In this document: in pieces, positions 43,076-52,483 of the stretch
Position numbering within the stretch: the first letter of the stretch is position 1
Layout of the letters: every line of letters starts with the position of its first letter
IMG/VR virus record: IMGVR_UViG_3300008108_000027
Length of the DNA: 64,000 nucleotides
Reading direction: 5' to 3' (one strand)
From: an uncultured virus (IMG/VR IMGVR_UViG_3300008108_000027)
Taxonomy: Duplodnaviria; Heunggongvirae; Uroviricota; Caudoviricetes
Position numbers and translations under genes: made by a program
The notes under the pieces: model-generated
Databases searched by the model: none
Seen by the model: the letters and a program-made list of their open reading frames with translations, nothing else
What the model was told of the DNA's origin: nothing

Positions 43076-44827
43076 ATGCAGAAAAATATACCAGAAGTAG
43101 AAGCCAGAGAAATATTATCTGTTTATGATGGGTTTAATAACCAACTTTTAGAGTGGAAAGATAAATTTGTAAATGTTAAAAATTTCAAATTAACTAGACC
43201 ACAATCTGATTATGTATTAAAATATCATACGGTTAAACCTAAAGTTGCTAGAAAATATCTGAATTTAGTACCAAGTTTTGGTGAAAAAATCAGAGAAGAT
43301 AAATTATTACCAAAAGTACCTGAAAAGATTTGGTGTGAAAAATTATTGTGTGAGACAGATAAAGCATATCACATTTGGGGTAAGATTTTAGACACTGAAC
43401 AAAACCACGCAATGTGGTTACCAAAAGGGGCAATACTACAAGAAGAGAAAAAATTAGATAGAATCATTGATTACTCAAAATATGAAAAAAGACCACCATT
43501 AGAACATCAAAAAGTGGCGATCGAAAAATTATTGGCCAACAATAAATTTATTCTTGCGGATGATATGGGATTAGGTAAAACAACATCTGCTGTCATCGCT
43601 TCTTTGGAGTCTGAAGCAAAAAAGATTTTAATTGTTTGTCCGGCTTCACTTAAAATAAATTGGGAGAGAGAAATAAGAAATTATAGTGATAGAAAAATAT
43701 TAATTGTTGAGGGTAGGAAGTGGGGTTCTACTTTTGATTATTATATTATAAATTACGATATAATCAAAAACTATCACACAACGGATAATAGTGAAGATAG
43801 TGAAGATTATAAATTATTGGTTAACGCAGGATTTGACCTTGCAATCGTCGATGAAGCACACTATATTTCAAACAATACAGCACAAAGAACAAGATTGTTA
43901 AATGACGTTTTAAGTAAGATACCTAAAGTATGGTTATTAACAGGCACACCAATGACATCAAGACCAATTAACTATTATAATCTTTTAAAGATTGTGGAAT
44001 CCCCATTAACTTTAAATTGGCAACATTATGTTTACAGATATTGTAAGGGGTATCAATTCAGGGTTGGTAATAGAAAAGTGTGGAATACAAGTGGCGCTAG
44101 TAATTTAGACGAATTACGTGAAAGAACTAAGAATATTGTTTTAAGAAGAATGAAAACCGATATTCTTGATCTACCTGAAAAGATAATAACACCCGTTTTC
44201 TTGGATTTAAAAAGTACTTTTTATAATGAAGAGTTAGAAGAATTCATGAGAATATCTAAAGAAAATAAAAAAGAAGAAAGTCTGAGTGTCACGATTAATC
44301 GTCTAATGAAAGTTAGACAAATTATCGCACAAGAAAAAGTACCATACACTTGTGAGTTAATTGACAAATTTATTGAACAAGATAAGAAAGTAATTGTCTT
44401 TACTAATTTCACAAGTACATTAGAACTGTTACAAGAAAAATACAAGAAAAATTCTGTAATATTAGACGGTCGTATGTCTAAACAAAAAAGACAGGAAAGT
44501 GTGGATAGATTTCAAAATGAAAGTAAAATAAAAGTTTTTATTTCTAACATTGTTGCCGGTGGTGTTGGGATCACATTAACTGCGGCTGAAGGGGTTATTA
44601 TGAATGATCTTTCTTTTGTTCCCGCTCACCATTCACAGGCGGAAGATAGGGCGTACAGATACGGACAAAAAAATAGTGTTCTCGTATATTATCCAATATT
44701 TGAAAACACTATTGAAATGATAATATATAATATCTTAAATAAAAAGAAGGGTATTATTGATCAGGTAATGGGTGACGGTGAATATTCTGAAAACTTCAGT
44801 ACTGAATTATTGAATAATATTCTTTAA
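43076..44827 (+). CDS. SNF2-family (SMARCAL1/HARP-like) helicase
   Basis: LADDMGLGKT, VCPASLK.NW, DEAH, LTGTP, GVGITLT, QAEDRAYRYGQ. Confidence 0.92.
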   Translation: MQKNIPEVEAREILSVYDGFNNQLLEWKDKFVNVKNFKLTRPQSDYVLKYHTVKPKVARKYLNLVPSFGEKIREDKLLPKVPEKIWCEKLLCETDKAYHIWGKILDTEQNHAMWLPKGAILQEEKKLDRIIDYSKYEKRPPLEHQKVAIEKLLANNKFILADDMGLGKTTSAVIASLESEAKKILIVCPASLKINWEREIRNYSDRKILIVEGRKWGSTFDYYIINYDIIKNYHTTDNSEDSEDYKLLVNAGFDLAIVDEAHYISNNTAQRTRLLNDVLSKIPKVWLLTGTPMTSRPINYYNLLKIVESPLTLNWQHYVYRYCKGYQFRVGNRKVWNTSGASNLDELRERTKNIVLRRMKTDILDLPEKIITPVFLDLKSTFYNEELEEFMRISKENKKEESLSVTINRLMKVRQIIAQEKVPYTCELIDKFIEQDKKVIVFTNFTSTLELLQEKYKKNSVILDGRMSKQKRQESVDRFQNESKIKVFISNIVAGGVGITLTAAEGVIMNDLSFVPAHHSQAEDRAYRYGQKNSVLVYYPIFENTIEMIIYNILNKKKGIIDQVMGDGEYSENFSTELLNNIL

Positions 44828-45016
44828 TTCTTCAATTTTTTCATCTAACAATTTTACAAAGTTTTTATCTTCATTATTTGAAAAATTTACAATAATTTCT
44901 TTTTTAGGTTCTAAAGTGTGATTTATAAAATTATTCTCACCTTCTCTTTGTAAAATAAAATCAAAATTATTTATTACACATATCCTAAATAGTTCGTCTA
45001 TTTTTTTATCTATCAT
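44807..45016 (-). CDS. Small hypothetical protein
   Basis: ATG at 45016 (MIDKKIDELF) overlapping the upstream gene end; its 3' end overlaps the convergent helicase end. Confidence 0.4.
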   Translation of the reverse strand: MIDKKIDELFRICVINNFDFILQREGENNFINHTLEPKKEIIVNFSNNEDKNFVKLLDEKIEELKNIIQ

Positions 45017-45896
45017 ATATTTTTTCTTTATATAATAATTTTTTAGGAAAATAAACACCATTGTTTTTTATTTCAATTTTTGATTTATTATTTTCAAAAA
45101 TAACAATTCTTTTACCGATACATACGAAAACGTAATAGTTACATTTTGATGTCTGACTTACACTAACATCAAGAAAATAATAATCGTCATGTTCCTCAAT
45201 ATTACATATACTTTTTATTTGATGTGTTGTTTTTTTTGATTGATGATTTAACCACAGATCAATACCTTCTTTTCTATCATTATAATCACCTCTACCTTTT
45301 GTTGAAACATAATTTACGATATCGTCAAAAAAATCATTAATGTTTTCTTCATAAAATTTTTGTGCTTTATCACCAATACCCATCGTTTTATTAAATAATT
45401 CAATCAATTCATGGTACATAGGAGAACCTATAAGAAAAATATCGTTTTTCTTATATTTAACAATTTTTAAAAATTTTTTTATTTTTTCTATAGTTTCACT
45501 TTCAGTGTCGTTAATATTAAAAATTATTTGATTTTTATATGAAAAAATCTCATTATCAATTATAATTTCTTCAATACCTTTTACCCTATAAAGATTAACT
45601 AAAAATTTATTACACCTATTAGCAATTATTGTATGACAACTGTAATTTGTATCTGCTTGCATTAATGGCGACCATTCATTATTTATTATAACACCAATAT
45701 CTTTTTTTTCTGATTTCGGGTTCTGTTTCCACATACCCAATGGTTCATAAATTTCTCTTAAAATTTTATTTATCTCCTCTCTTAAAAATAATTTTATTCT
45801 ATTATTTCTTTGCCAACTTTTAGAAATTTCGTCATTTAATGACATTTTTAAAAGAGGATCGATTTTTAATGTTTTTAATCTTTCTTGTAATGTCAT
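45006..45896 (-). CDS. Hypothetical protein, possible PD-(D/E)XK nuclease-like
   Basis: Start re-assigned to MTLQERLK at 45896; D..EGIDLW...HQIKS resembles a D...D...QxK catalytic pattern. Confidence 0.45.
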   Translation of the reverse strand: MTLQERLKTLKIDPLLKMSLNDEISKSWQRNNRIKLFLREEINKILREIYEPLGMWKQNPKSEKKDIGVIINNEWSPLMQADTNYSCHTIIANRCNKFLVNLYRVKGIEEIIIDNEIFSYKNQIIFNINDTESETIEKIKKFLKIVKYKKNDIFLIGSPMYHELIELFNKTMGIGDKAQKFYEENINDFFDDIVNYVSTKGRGDYNDRKEGIDLWLNHQSKKTTHQIKSICNIEEHDDYYFLDVSVSQTSKCNYYVFVCIGKRIVIFENNKSKIEIKNNGVYFPKKLLYKEKIYDR

Positions 45897-45913
45897 AATA
45901 CCGAAATATAAGA

Positions 45914-45920
45914 TATTTAT
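45914..45920 (+). promoter_or_regulatory. Representative of a recurrent TATTTAT putative late-promoter motif
   Basis: Same sense-strand motif ~5-45 nt upstream of at least 15 genes on both strands (see findings). Confidence 0.55.
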
Positions 45921-45936
45921 AGTAAATAAACAAATT

Positions 45937-47055
45937 ATGGCGGCGACTATTATAACACCGGAAGAAAAAGACAAATTATTTACCCAAGTTTTACACCTTT
46001 TAGGTATGCCAGTTAGAGGAGTAGAGTTAACTGAAGAACAAATGGATAGTTTTTTACAGCTGGCGATATCAGAATATGAGCAATATGTAAACGATTGGTT
46101 AATCGAATCACAATGGTCTGCATTGGCTAATTTGGACGTTGATAACAACTCATTAACAAGGGCATTTACAAATAGAAGTTTAGATTATGAAACTCAATAC
46201 ACTTACGCATATTCAAAGATAGTGGGGTTACAAGCAAACGGTCCATGGGAACTTAAAAAAGATTATTTTGATTTAGTACAAAATCAACAAACATATGTAA
46301 TCCCCGCAGGACGTGAAATTAATGAATTATTATGGTTTACAAGGGCCACATTAACCGACTCTATTGTTGACCCATTTTTAGGTGGTTTTGGTGGTCTTGG
46401 GGGTGTTGCATTTGGTGGTGTCGGGGGTTTCGCACAAGTAGGTGCGTCAGGTTCTTATTTCTTATTACCCGCGTTTGACCTATTATTAAGAATGGGTGAT
46501 AGGAATTTAAAAAATAGATTAATTGGTGGTGATTTAACATATAGAATAACTGCAGGTCCAAATGGAACTAAAATAGTACACTTACTTAATGTACCGGGTG
46601 GTAAATTTGATTTTGGATCAATAAATAAAAATACAAGAGTTTGGTATTGGTATTATGATGCCGGTGACAATAGAGATGAATGTTTAGAGAAAAACAAAGA
46701 TATTATCAGATTACCTTCAGATGTTATGACCGATCCATTAACTTGGGATGATCTTAATAAACCTTCACAAAACTGGGTTAGAAAATATTTTATTGGTTAT
46801 TGTAAAGAAGGTTTGGCAAGAATTTGGGGTAAATTCTCAGGTGACCTTAAAGTTCCTGATAGTGAGGTTAAATTAGATTACTCTTCATTACTTACAGAAG
46901 GTAAAGACGAAAGATTAAAACTTGTTGAAGAATTAATGGCACGTTTAGAAAGACTCCGCCCCGAAAAACTTTTAGAAAGAAAGAAAAACGAGGCGGAATT
47001 CCTTAATGGTTCATTGAAATTTAGAGCAATGCCAAGTCCGATCAATATTATCTAA
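45937..47055 (+). CDS. Head-tail adaptor/neck protein (gp13-like)
   Basis: LG.P...VELTEEQ N-terminus, WVRKYF..CKE.L..IWGKF motif; TATTTAT upstream. Confidence 0.7.
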   Translation: MAATIITPEEKDKLFTQVLHLLGMPVRGVELTEEQMDSFLQLAISEYEQYVNDWLIESQWSALANLDVDNNSLTRAFTNRSLDYETQYTYAYSKIVGLQANGPWELKKDYFDLVQNQQTYVIPAGREINELLWFTRATLTDSIVDPFLGGFGGLGGVAFGGVGGFAQVGASGSYFLLPAFDLLLRMGDRNLKNRLIGGDLTYRITAGPNGTKIVHLLNVPGGKFDFGSINKNTRVWYWYYDAGDNRDECLEKNKDIIRLPSDVMTDPLTWDDLNKPSQNWVRKYFIGYCKEGLARIWGKFSGDLKVPDSEVKLDYSSLLTEGKDERLKLVEELMARLERLRPEKLLERKKNEAEFLNGSLKFRAMPSPINII

Positions 47056-49949
47056 ACATGATCTGCGTGGTATGCAAAATCATTACCATTCGTTTCAATT
47101 ATTTCATCTTCATTACTTATAACAGAGTTTTCTTGTAATGAAACAACTTTTCTATTGTGATCAACCCAATATTGATCAACTAAACTTAAACTATCTTCCA
47201 CATACATAAAATAAGGGTCACGATTAACTCTATTCCAAAATATCACCTCACTATCTGAAAGTGTCATAACTTCATCAAAATTATCTTGACCACCTTCTTT
47301 TAATGGATGTCCACTGATTAATTCACATTGTGATTTTGTAAAGTATTGACGATCTTTTGGGTCTTCTATTAATATATCTTCCCTTATCTCAGGTTTAAAC
47401 ACAACTAATAAAGGTTCTATTCTTTTATTAAAATTATTAAGATAACGAGGCACATTATAATCACCGGTCATGTCGGGATTATTTTGAATATCTTTTTCTG
47501 ATATCATGTAGCAATTAACTTCTATGAAATCGTTCGGCATTTCTACACCATGTTTTTGTAGGTATTCTTCTTGTTGTTTTTTAGTTGGTTTACTTATTTT
47601 TTGTACATCACCCGAAGACTTTTTAAGACCATTGTTGATGTAATATATTGTTTCACCCAAACCGGCAGGATAGTTATTTTGAATAACTAATTCCATATGA
47701 GCTTGTCTTGACATCAGTGATCCTGCCTTAGTTGTTTTCTTTATGTGTTTTTTATAATCTTCCACATTTTGTTTTACACGTGATTTGTTTGCTATTTTAG
47801 ATAGTGGAATTTCTTTATTATATATCTTTTCAACGTATGAATAGTATAATTCAACAAATGAATGTCCATCACCATTTAACAAATATTTTAAACCTTCATC
47901 TAAAAACTCAACAATATACTGTTGTAATTTTTTTGATTTAATCGTATTACCTGTTAATTTTATTTTTTCCTTACCTTTCTTAATTAATTTAATGATGTAA
48001 TTCTTTCTTGAAACATTGATACAAGATGGGGCAACATAATCAATATCTAACCCCATCTCATTTCTCATAAAAATATCATTAAACTCGGCAGTATCCGCTT
48101 CAATACCTTTATACTCTTTTCCTTCTGTAACTAATTCATTTAATCCTTTACCGACATAAATATGTTTGTCAATATCTTCAGGTGTTTCAAAGTTAACACC
48201 ATCAGTGTCCATTACAAGTGGTTTATAACCTTTCTTCATAAAGAACATAATCATCATACGAAGACATTGTCTACCCACACATGTAATAGTTTCACCCATA
48301 TTCATATCACCCCACGGAAATACTTGTGGTGCAGATAATGAACCAAAATATGCATTGATGAAAATTTTAATAGGTAATTGTTTCCTATCATACATTTCCG
48401 CCTCAACAGGATTTGTTTTAGAAAGTTCACCGGCAAGTCTTTTATATTTGATACGAATATTACGGAAATATTTCAACATTGATTTCTGTACACCCATAAC
48501 ATCGCAATCGGGAAACACATCATATACAAGTTGAATTGATGGATAAAGAGATGCATAGTCAAATTTAACAATGTTCTTCGCATAACCTACATTTAATAAT
48601 CTTGATAACCCACCTGTAATTGCCCTCTTTTCATCTTTTTCAGGTATTGCCAAATTATTTTCATAAGACCATGCCAACATTATTATTTTCCATAATGTTG
48701 CTGTACCCATTGTTGCAACTCTCTCATAAGTGGTAGGTACTAATTTAGAAAGTAAAAATGTAGACTGACTAAAAGAATCATCAACAATCATCGTTTCATA
48801 AAGATCATCATCCAAGTATTGTTCTACAATTCTTTTACCTGACCATATTTCATATTTACCAGGATATTTTTCCAATAGTCCTTCAGTACCTTTCTCACCA
48901 ATTTTTTTATATTTTCCCGTTTTTGGATTTACGTAGTATAATTCATTATCTAAGTAAATTTTGGAAATAAATGGACCGTCAACATAAACACGATTTTCTT
49001 TTTCCTTTTCGAGATATTTTGTTATATATTTTAAACCCCAAGATTTGATTTCTGAGTTTATCGCCTGAGCTCTTCTTACAGAATGTGCAATATCAATAAT
49101 ATTGAAACCCCAAATGATATGTTGGGTATATGGTTCGATTTCATTAGCGAGTTTTAATATACCTTCTTTTTCTTTTATTCCCTGTGAGGTTAAAATACTT
49201 GTCAACCCTTCAACATTAACACCAAGTATTTCCGCCCTTTTAAGTATAAACGGAAAGTCAAATGAAGCTGAATTGTATCCACCAATTATTGTTGGTTTTA
49301 ATTCTTTTATTGTTTTAAAAAACTCTTCGATACATCTTTTCTCACCATCATCACCGAAAGCGTCGATTGTTTTAACTAAACCACGATTATCCTTCATACC
49401 AATTAAGATTATCTTATTGGTTTCAGGTTCAAGACCTGTGGTTTCAATATCAAATACAAGTCTATGTACACCACTATAATCATCGATACCCTTAAACAAT
49501 CTTTTTTTCTTTTGAATAAGATATTGTTCAACAGGTGATAATATTGTGAAATATTTTTTAGTTTCATCACCCCAAGGATTTAACCCACCAAACCTAAAAA
49601 AATTAATTAATTCTGTATAACCTTTAATACTCTTAACAAGAAACTTCATTCCGTTTTCTAATCGTTCATTACCGTGAGTTTCTAATTTTTCGATAATAAT
49701 ACCAAATTCACCCATTTTTTTCTTTTGAGTCATTTTACTATTACCGTAAAAATTTAATCCATTTAGATCTGAAACCCACAAAAATGGTGTGAACGTGTCG
49801 GGAACAACAACTTTACCCTTTTGGGGGTCTTGTATAATTTTATAAATTTTATTTGTGGGATAATCGTATTCTACACCAACGATAAATTCTTCGGGATCTG
49901 CACCGTTTAGGAAGCTCTCGATAACTTCCTGAGAGATAACATCTTTCAT
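47052..49949 (-). CDS. polB: Family B DNA polymerase with 3'-5' exonuclease domain
   Basis: FDIETTG, GYNSASFDFP, DYASLYPS, KIFINAYFG, DTDG. Confidence 0.95.
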   Translation of the reverse strand: MKDVISQEVIESFLNGADPEEFIVGVEYDYPTNKIYKIIQDPQKGKVVVPDTFTPFLWVSDLNGLNFYGNSKMTQKKKMGEFGIIIEKLETHGNERLENGMKFLVKSIKGYTELINFFRFGGLNPWGDETKKYFTILSPVEQYLIQKKKRLFKGIDDYSGVHRLVFDIETTGLEPETNKIILIGMKDNRGLVKTIDAFGDDGEKRCIEEFFKTIKELKPTIIGGYNSASFDFPFILKRAEILGVNVEGLTSILTSQGIKEKEGILKLANEIEPYTQHIIWGFNIIDIAHSVRRAQAINSEIKSWGLKYITKYLEKEKENRVYVDGPFISKIYLDNELYYVNPKTGKYKKIGEKGTEGLLEKYPGKYEIWSGKRIVEQYLDDDLYETMIVDDSFSQSTFLLSKLVPTTYERVATMGTATLWKIIMLAWSYENNLAIPEKDEKRAITGGLSRLLNVGYAKNIVKFDYASLYPSIQLVYDVFPDCDVMGVQKSMLKYFRNIRIKYKRLAGELSKTNPVEAEMYDRKQLPIKIFINAYFGSLSAPQVFPWGDMNMGETITCVGRQCLRMMIMFFMKKGYKPLVMDTDGVNFETPEDIDKHIYVGKGLNELVTEGKEYKGIEADTAEFNDIFMRNEMGLDIDYVAPSCINVSRKNYIIKLIKKGKEKIKLTGNTIKSKKLQQYIVEFLDEGLKYLLNGDGHSFVELYYSYVEKIYNKEIPLSKIANKSRVKQNVEDYKKHIKKTTKAGSLMSRQAHMELVIQNNYPAGLGETIYYINNGLKKSSGDVQKISKPTKKQQEEYLQKHGVEMPNDFIEVNCYMISEKDIQNNPDMTGDYNVPRYLNNFNKRIEPLLVVFKPEIREDILIEDPKDRQYFTKSQCELISGHPLKEGGQDNFDEVMTLSDSEVIFWNRVNRDPYFMYVEDSLSLVDQYWVDHNRKVVSLQENSVISNEDEIIETNGNDFAYHADHV

Positions 49950-50038
49950 TATTATATTTTTAAATGTGACACATTAGCTTACCGAAAATCGGTAGTTTGT
50001 CTTAACATTAATAAATATAATAAAAATTTTACCCTAAA

Positions 50039-50407
50039 TCAAAAAATGTTGATAAATAGTTTTTCTTTTAACGGAACAATTAATTTTGTTGTTGGATTCG
50101 AATTTGTGTCTAAAAATTGAATGGTAACAATTCCTTCAAATTTACCTTTTACAGATGTACCTTCTTCTGTAAATCTATATGTAATATAATATTCATCGGT
50201 TGTTTGGTCGTATTTCTTGGTTCTTGTGGTTATTAAACACTGACCATTTAAAATTTGAGGTTCTTCTGTTTTAAAATCATACATATCAAATGTGATATTT
50301 GAATTTTCTAACATATCATTAAAAGATGACTTGTCGTTTTTACCATCATCAATTAATCTTAATTTTAAAATTGGTTCAGTTGCTCCCTGTCTTATATTAA
50401 ATTCCAT
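50039..50407 (-). CDS. Virion protein, BppU N-terminal-like
   Basis: F.IRQGAT.P.L...Y.FT...T...G.F.G motif. Confidence 0.5.
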   Translation of the reverse strand: MEFNIRQGATEPILKLRLIDDGKNDKSSFNDMLENSNITFDMYDFKTEEPQILNGQCLITTRTKKYDQTTDEYYITYRFTEEGTSVKGKFEGIVTIQFLDTNSNPTTKLIVPLKEKLFINIF

Positions 50408-50429
50408 ATAGGTTTATTTTATAAATATT

Positions 50430-51059
50430 TTACTTTTGAAAGTATTTCTCAATTCTTTTACTTAATCTAACTCTCGGGTCGTTTATATTTCTACCAAGAT
50501 CCTCATATTTCAAAATAAATCCGAAACTCAAAAAAACTCTTCTTGAATTAAATTCATTTGTCCAGTGTTTATAAAGAGAAGCTTCAAATCCATATAAATC
50601 TGTTTCTTGAATTTTTATTGATTCCCTATCAATAAAAAAATCATAATCCTCAGATAATACACTTATATTACATTTGTAATTAACATAACCATCAATTGAC
50701 GCATCATAATGTGGATTTATTTTTCCACCTTTATTCATGTCTACAGCCTGTAAAAAAATATTGTCTTTTGGGAAATTAAATTCTTCAGATATTCTATCTA
50801 TTATTTTATAGATAAAATCAGGTAAAGGTTCTTTTGAAACGTCAGATATTGATTGAAATTTTGTGATGTAATTTGTTAAATAGGTATTTGAAATATCGAA
50901 TATACAAGATTTACCCTTTAATGTTTTTGAAAGTTCAGTGAGATGGTAATTACTATCATTACCTATATGATTGACAGAATCCAACCAGTTAATTATCTGA
51001 TTGGATTCGTCCTTTGTGATAAAGTTTTTTTTTATTTTATAACAATCCGTATTTTCCAA
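50430..51059 (-). CDS. 2OG-Fe(II) oxygenase superfamily protein
   Basis: GGKINPHYD (HxD), distal H (YKHW) and RVFLSFG. Confidence 0.75.
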   Translation of the reverse strand: MENTDCYKIKKNFITKDESNQIINWLDSVNHIGNDSNYHLTELSKTLKGKSCIFDISNTYLTNYITKFQSISDVSKEPLPDFIYKIIDRISEEFNFPKDNIFLQAVDMNKGGKINPHYDASIDGYVNYKCNISVLSEDYDFFIDRESIKIQETDLYGFEASLYKHWTNEFNSRRVFLSFGFILKYEDLGRNINDPRVRLSKRIEKYFQK

Positions 51060-51297
51060 TTTTTTTAAGATTATGTTTTTCCAAAAATTCTTTTGGATTC
51101 ATCGCTTCAATTATTGTTAATTCAGCAGAACTAATCATTTCTTGTGCTTTATTTTCGGGTATCGCCATAACACACATTTTATGTGTTGCGGGTGATTCTC
51201 CGGTTGGTGATAAATCTATGTTTAAGATGTTATCATTTTTCATTTTTTCTCTAACTTGTGAAAGTTTAGATACTTCACATAATATACAGATTCTCAT
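51037..51297 (-). CDS. Small hypothetical protein
   Basis: 86 aa ORF overlapping the oxygenase start. Confidence 0.55.
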   Translation of the reverse strand: MRICILCEVSKLSQVREKMKNDNILNIDLSPTGESPATHKMCVMAIPENKAQEMISSAELTIIEAMNPKEFLEKHNLKKIGKYGLL

Positions 51298-51323
51298 ATT
51301 ATTTATTTTTTATTTTTTATTTC

Positions 51324-52481
51324 TTAATTATACACTCTTATTTCTATTGATTCTATCGCATCTTGACCAATATCAATATAGTCTCCAACATTTACAATTC
51401 CATCATTAAAGACTAACTGAACTTCGTTATTTGATATTCTAACTCCTCCAGGAAATCCTGTATTTCCATTAAGACCATCATGAGTATAAATTATGAATGT
51501 TTTATTCTCAGGAAAAGCGTTACTTAAAGTACCCAAATAATATCCGACATTATTTCTTGTCCAAACTATATCACCAATAGTATTTTCTAAAACAGTAACA
51601 ACAGGGTCAGTTATTCCAGATTGTCTTAATAAAGCAGTGTACACTTTATATTTAGGTCCATATGCCGTTGATTGTACCGTATCATCAGGGAAGGTTAGAC
51701 CTGTAGTAGAAAAACTCCAAGCCGTCCCAACTCCATCTGAGAAGTTAATGTTTACGTTTGTCGGATTGGCAACCACTGCACTACCTGGTGCGGATGGTCC
51801 ACTACTTATTAAGTCGGGAATTGCGGTAGTCTGAATAGATCCGTCGGGAAACTCTAAAGATCCGTCTGCACCGAAGGTCCAGTTACTAGCAGTTATTGCT
51901 CCGCCAATATAAGTTGATGAAGTTGTTAAAAAATCACCTCCTGGTAGAAAGTAGTTACCTACTCCTCCATCTCCTTGTGGTGTTAGTACAGTACCAAATT
52001 GTAAAGTATAACCGCCAAGTATTCCAGGACCGTATATTGTCATACCATCTGTAATCGTACCGTTAATCATATCGGTAACATGTAGTGTTGCTCCTGGACC
52101 ATCACCATATCCATTATCAATGTATCCTATAAATTCAACTTCTGCATCGGTTGTTTTTATTTGTACCTTATTTAATGAATCGCTTATTAATAGATTATTA
52201 TTTTCACCACCAATTATTAAATCAGCGTTACTCTGATCAATAGTACCTCCGGCTCTAATGTGAATGTGATTAGGACCGGTTGGATCTAAAACAACGTAAC
52301 GATTATCATCGGTACTTGCGTCAGGTTTTAGGATAAGTGTAGTCAATCCTGAACCATCACCCGAACTTTCAGGTATTGATTCTATTTGACTACCTTCAGG
52401 AAAATTAAGAGGACTTGTTAAATTTATTTGAGGTATTGTTTGTCCCGATACGTTATTTACAATATATTTTGTTGTTGCCAT
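51324..52481 (-). CDS. Putative tail fibre/appendage protein
   Basis: Gly/Ser/Thr-rich; two W.F...L.FPD...Q.TA repeats; C-terminal YKVYTALL...IEIRVY domain. Confidence 0.55.
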   Translation of the reverse strand: MATTKYIVNNVSGQTIPQINLTSPLNFPEGSQIESIPESSGDGSGLTTLILKPDASTDDNRYVVLDPTGPNHIHIRAGGTIDQSNADLIIGGENNNLLISDSLNKVQIKTTDAEVEFIGYIDNGYGDGPGATLHVTDMINGTITDGMTIYGPGILGGYTLQFGTVLTPQGDGGVGNYFLPGGDFLTTSSTYIGGAITASNWTFGADGSLEFPDGSIQTTAIPDLISSGPSAPGSAVVANPTNVNINFSDGVGTAWSFSTTGLTFPDDTVQSTAYGPKYKVYTALLRQSGITDPVVTVLENTIGDIVWTRNNVGYYLGTLSNAFPENKTFIIYTHDGLNGNTGFPGGVRISNNEVQLVFNDGIVNVGDYIDIGQDAIESIEIRVYN

Positions 52482-52483
52482 TT

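Noticed and set aside
45897..46148. N-terminal extension of the 45006 ORF
   Set aside because: It overlaps the neck gene antisense; ATG 45896 is more plausible.
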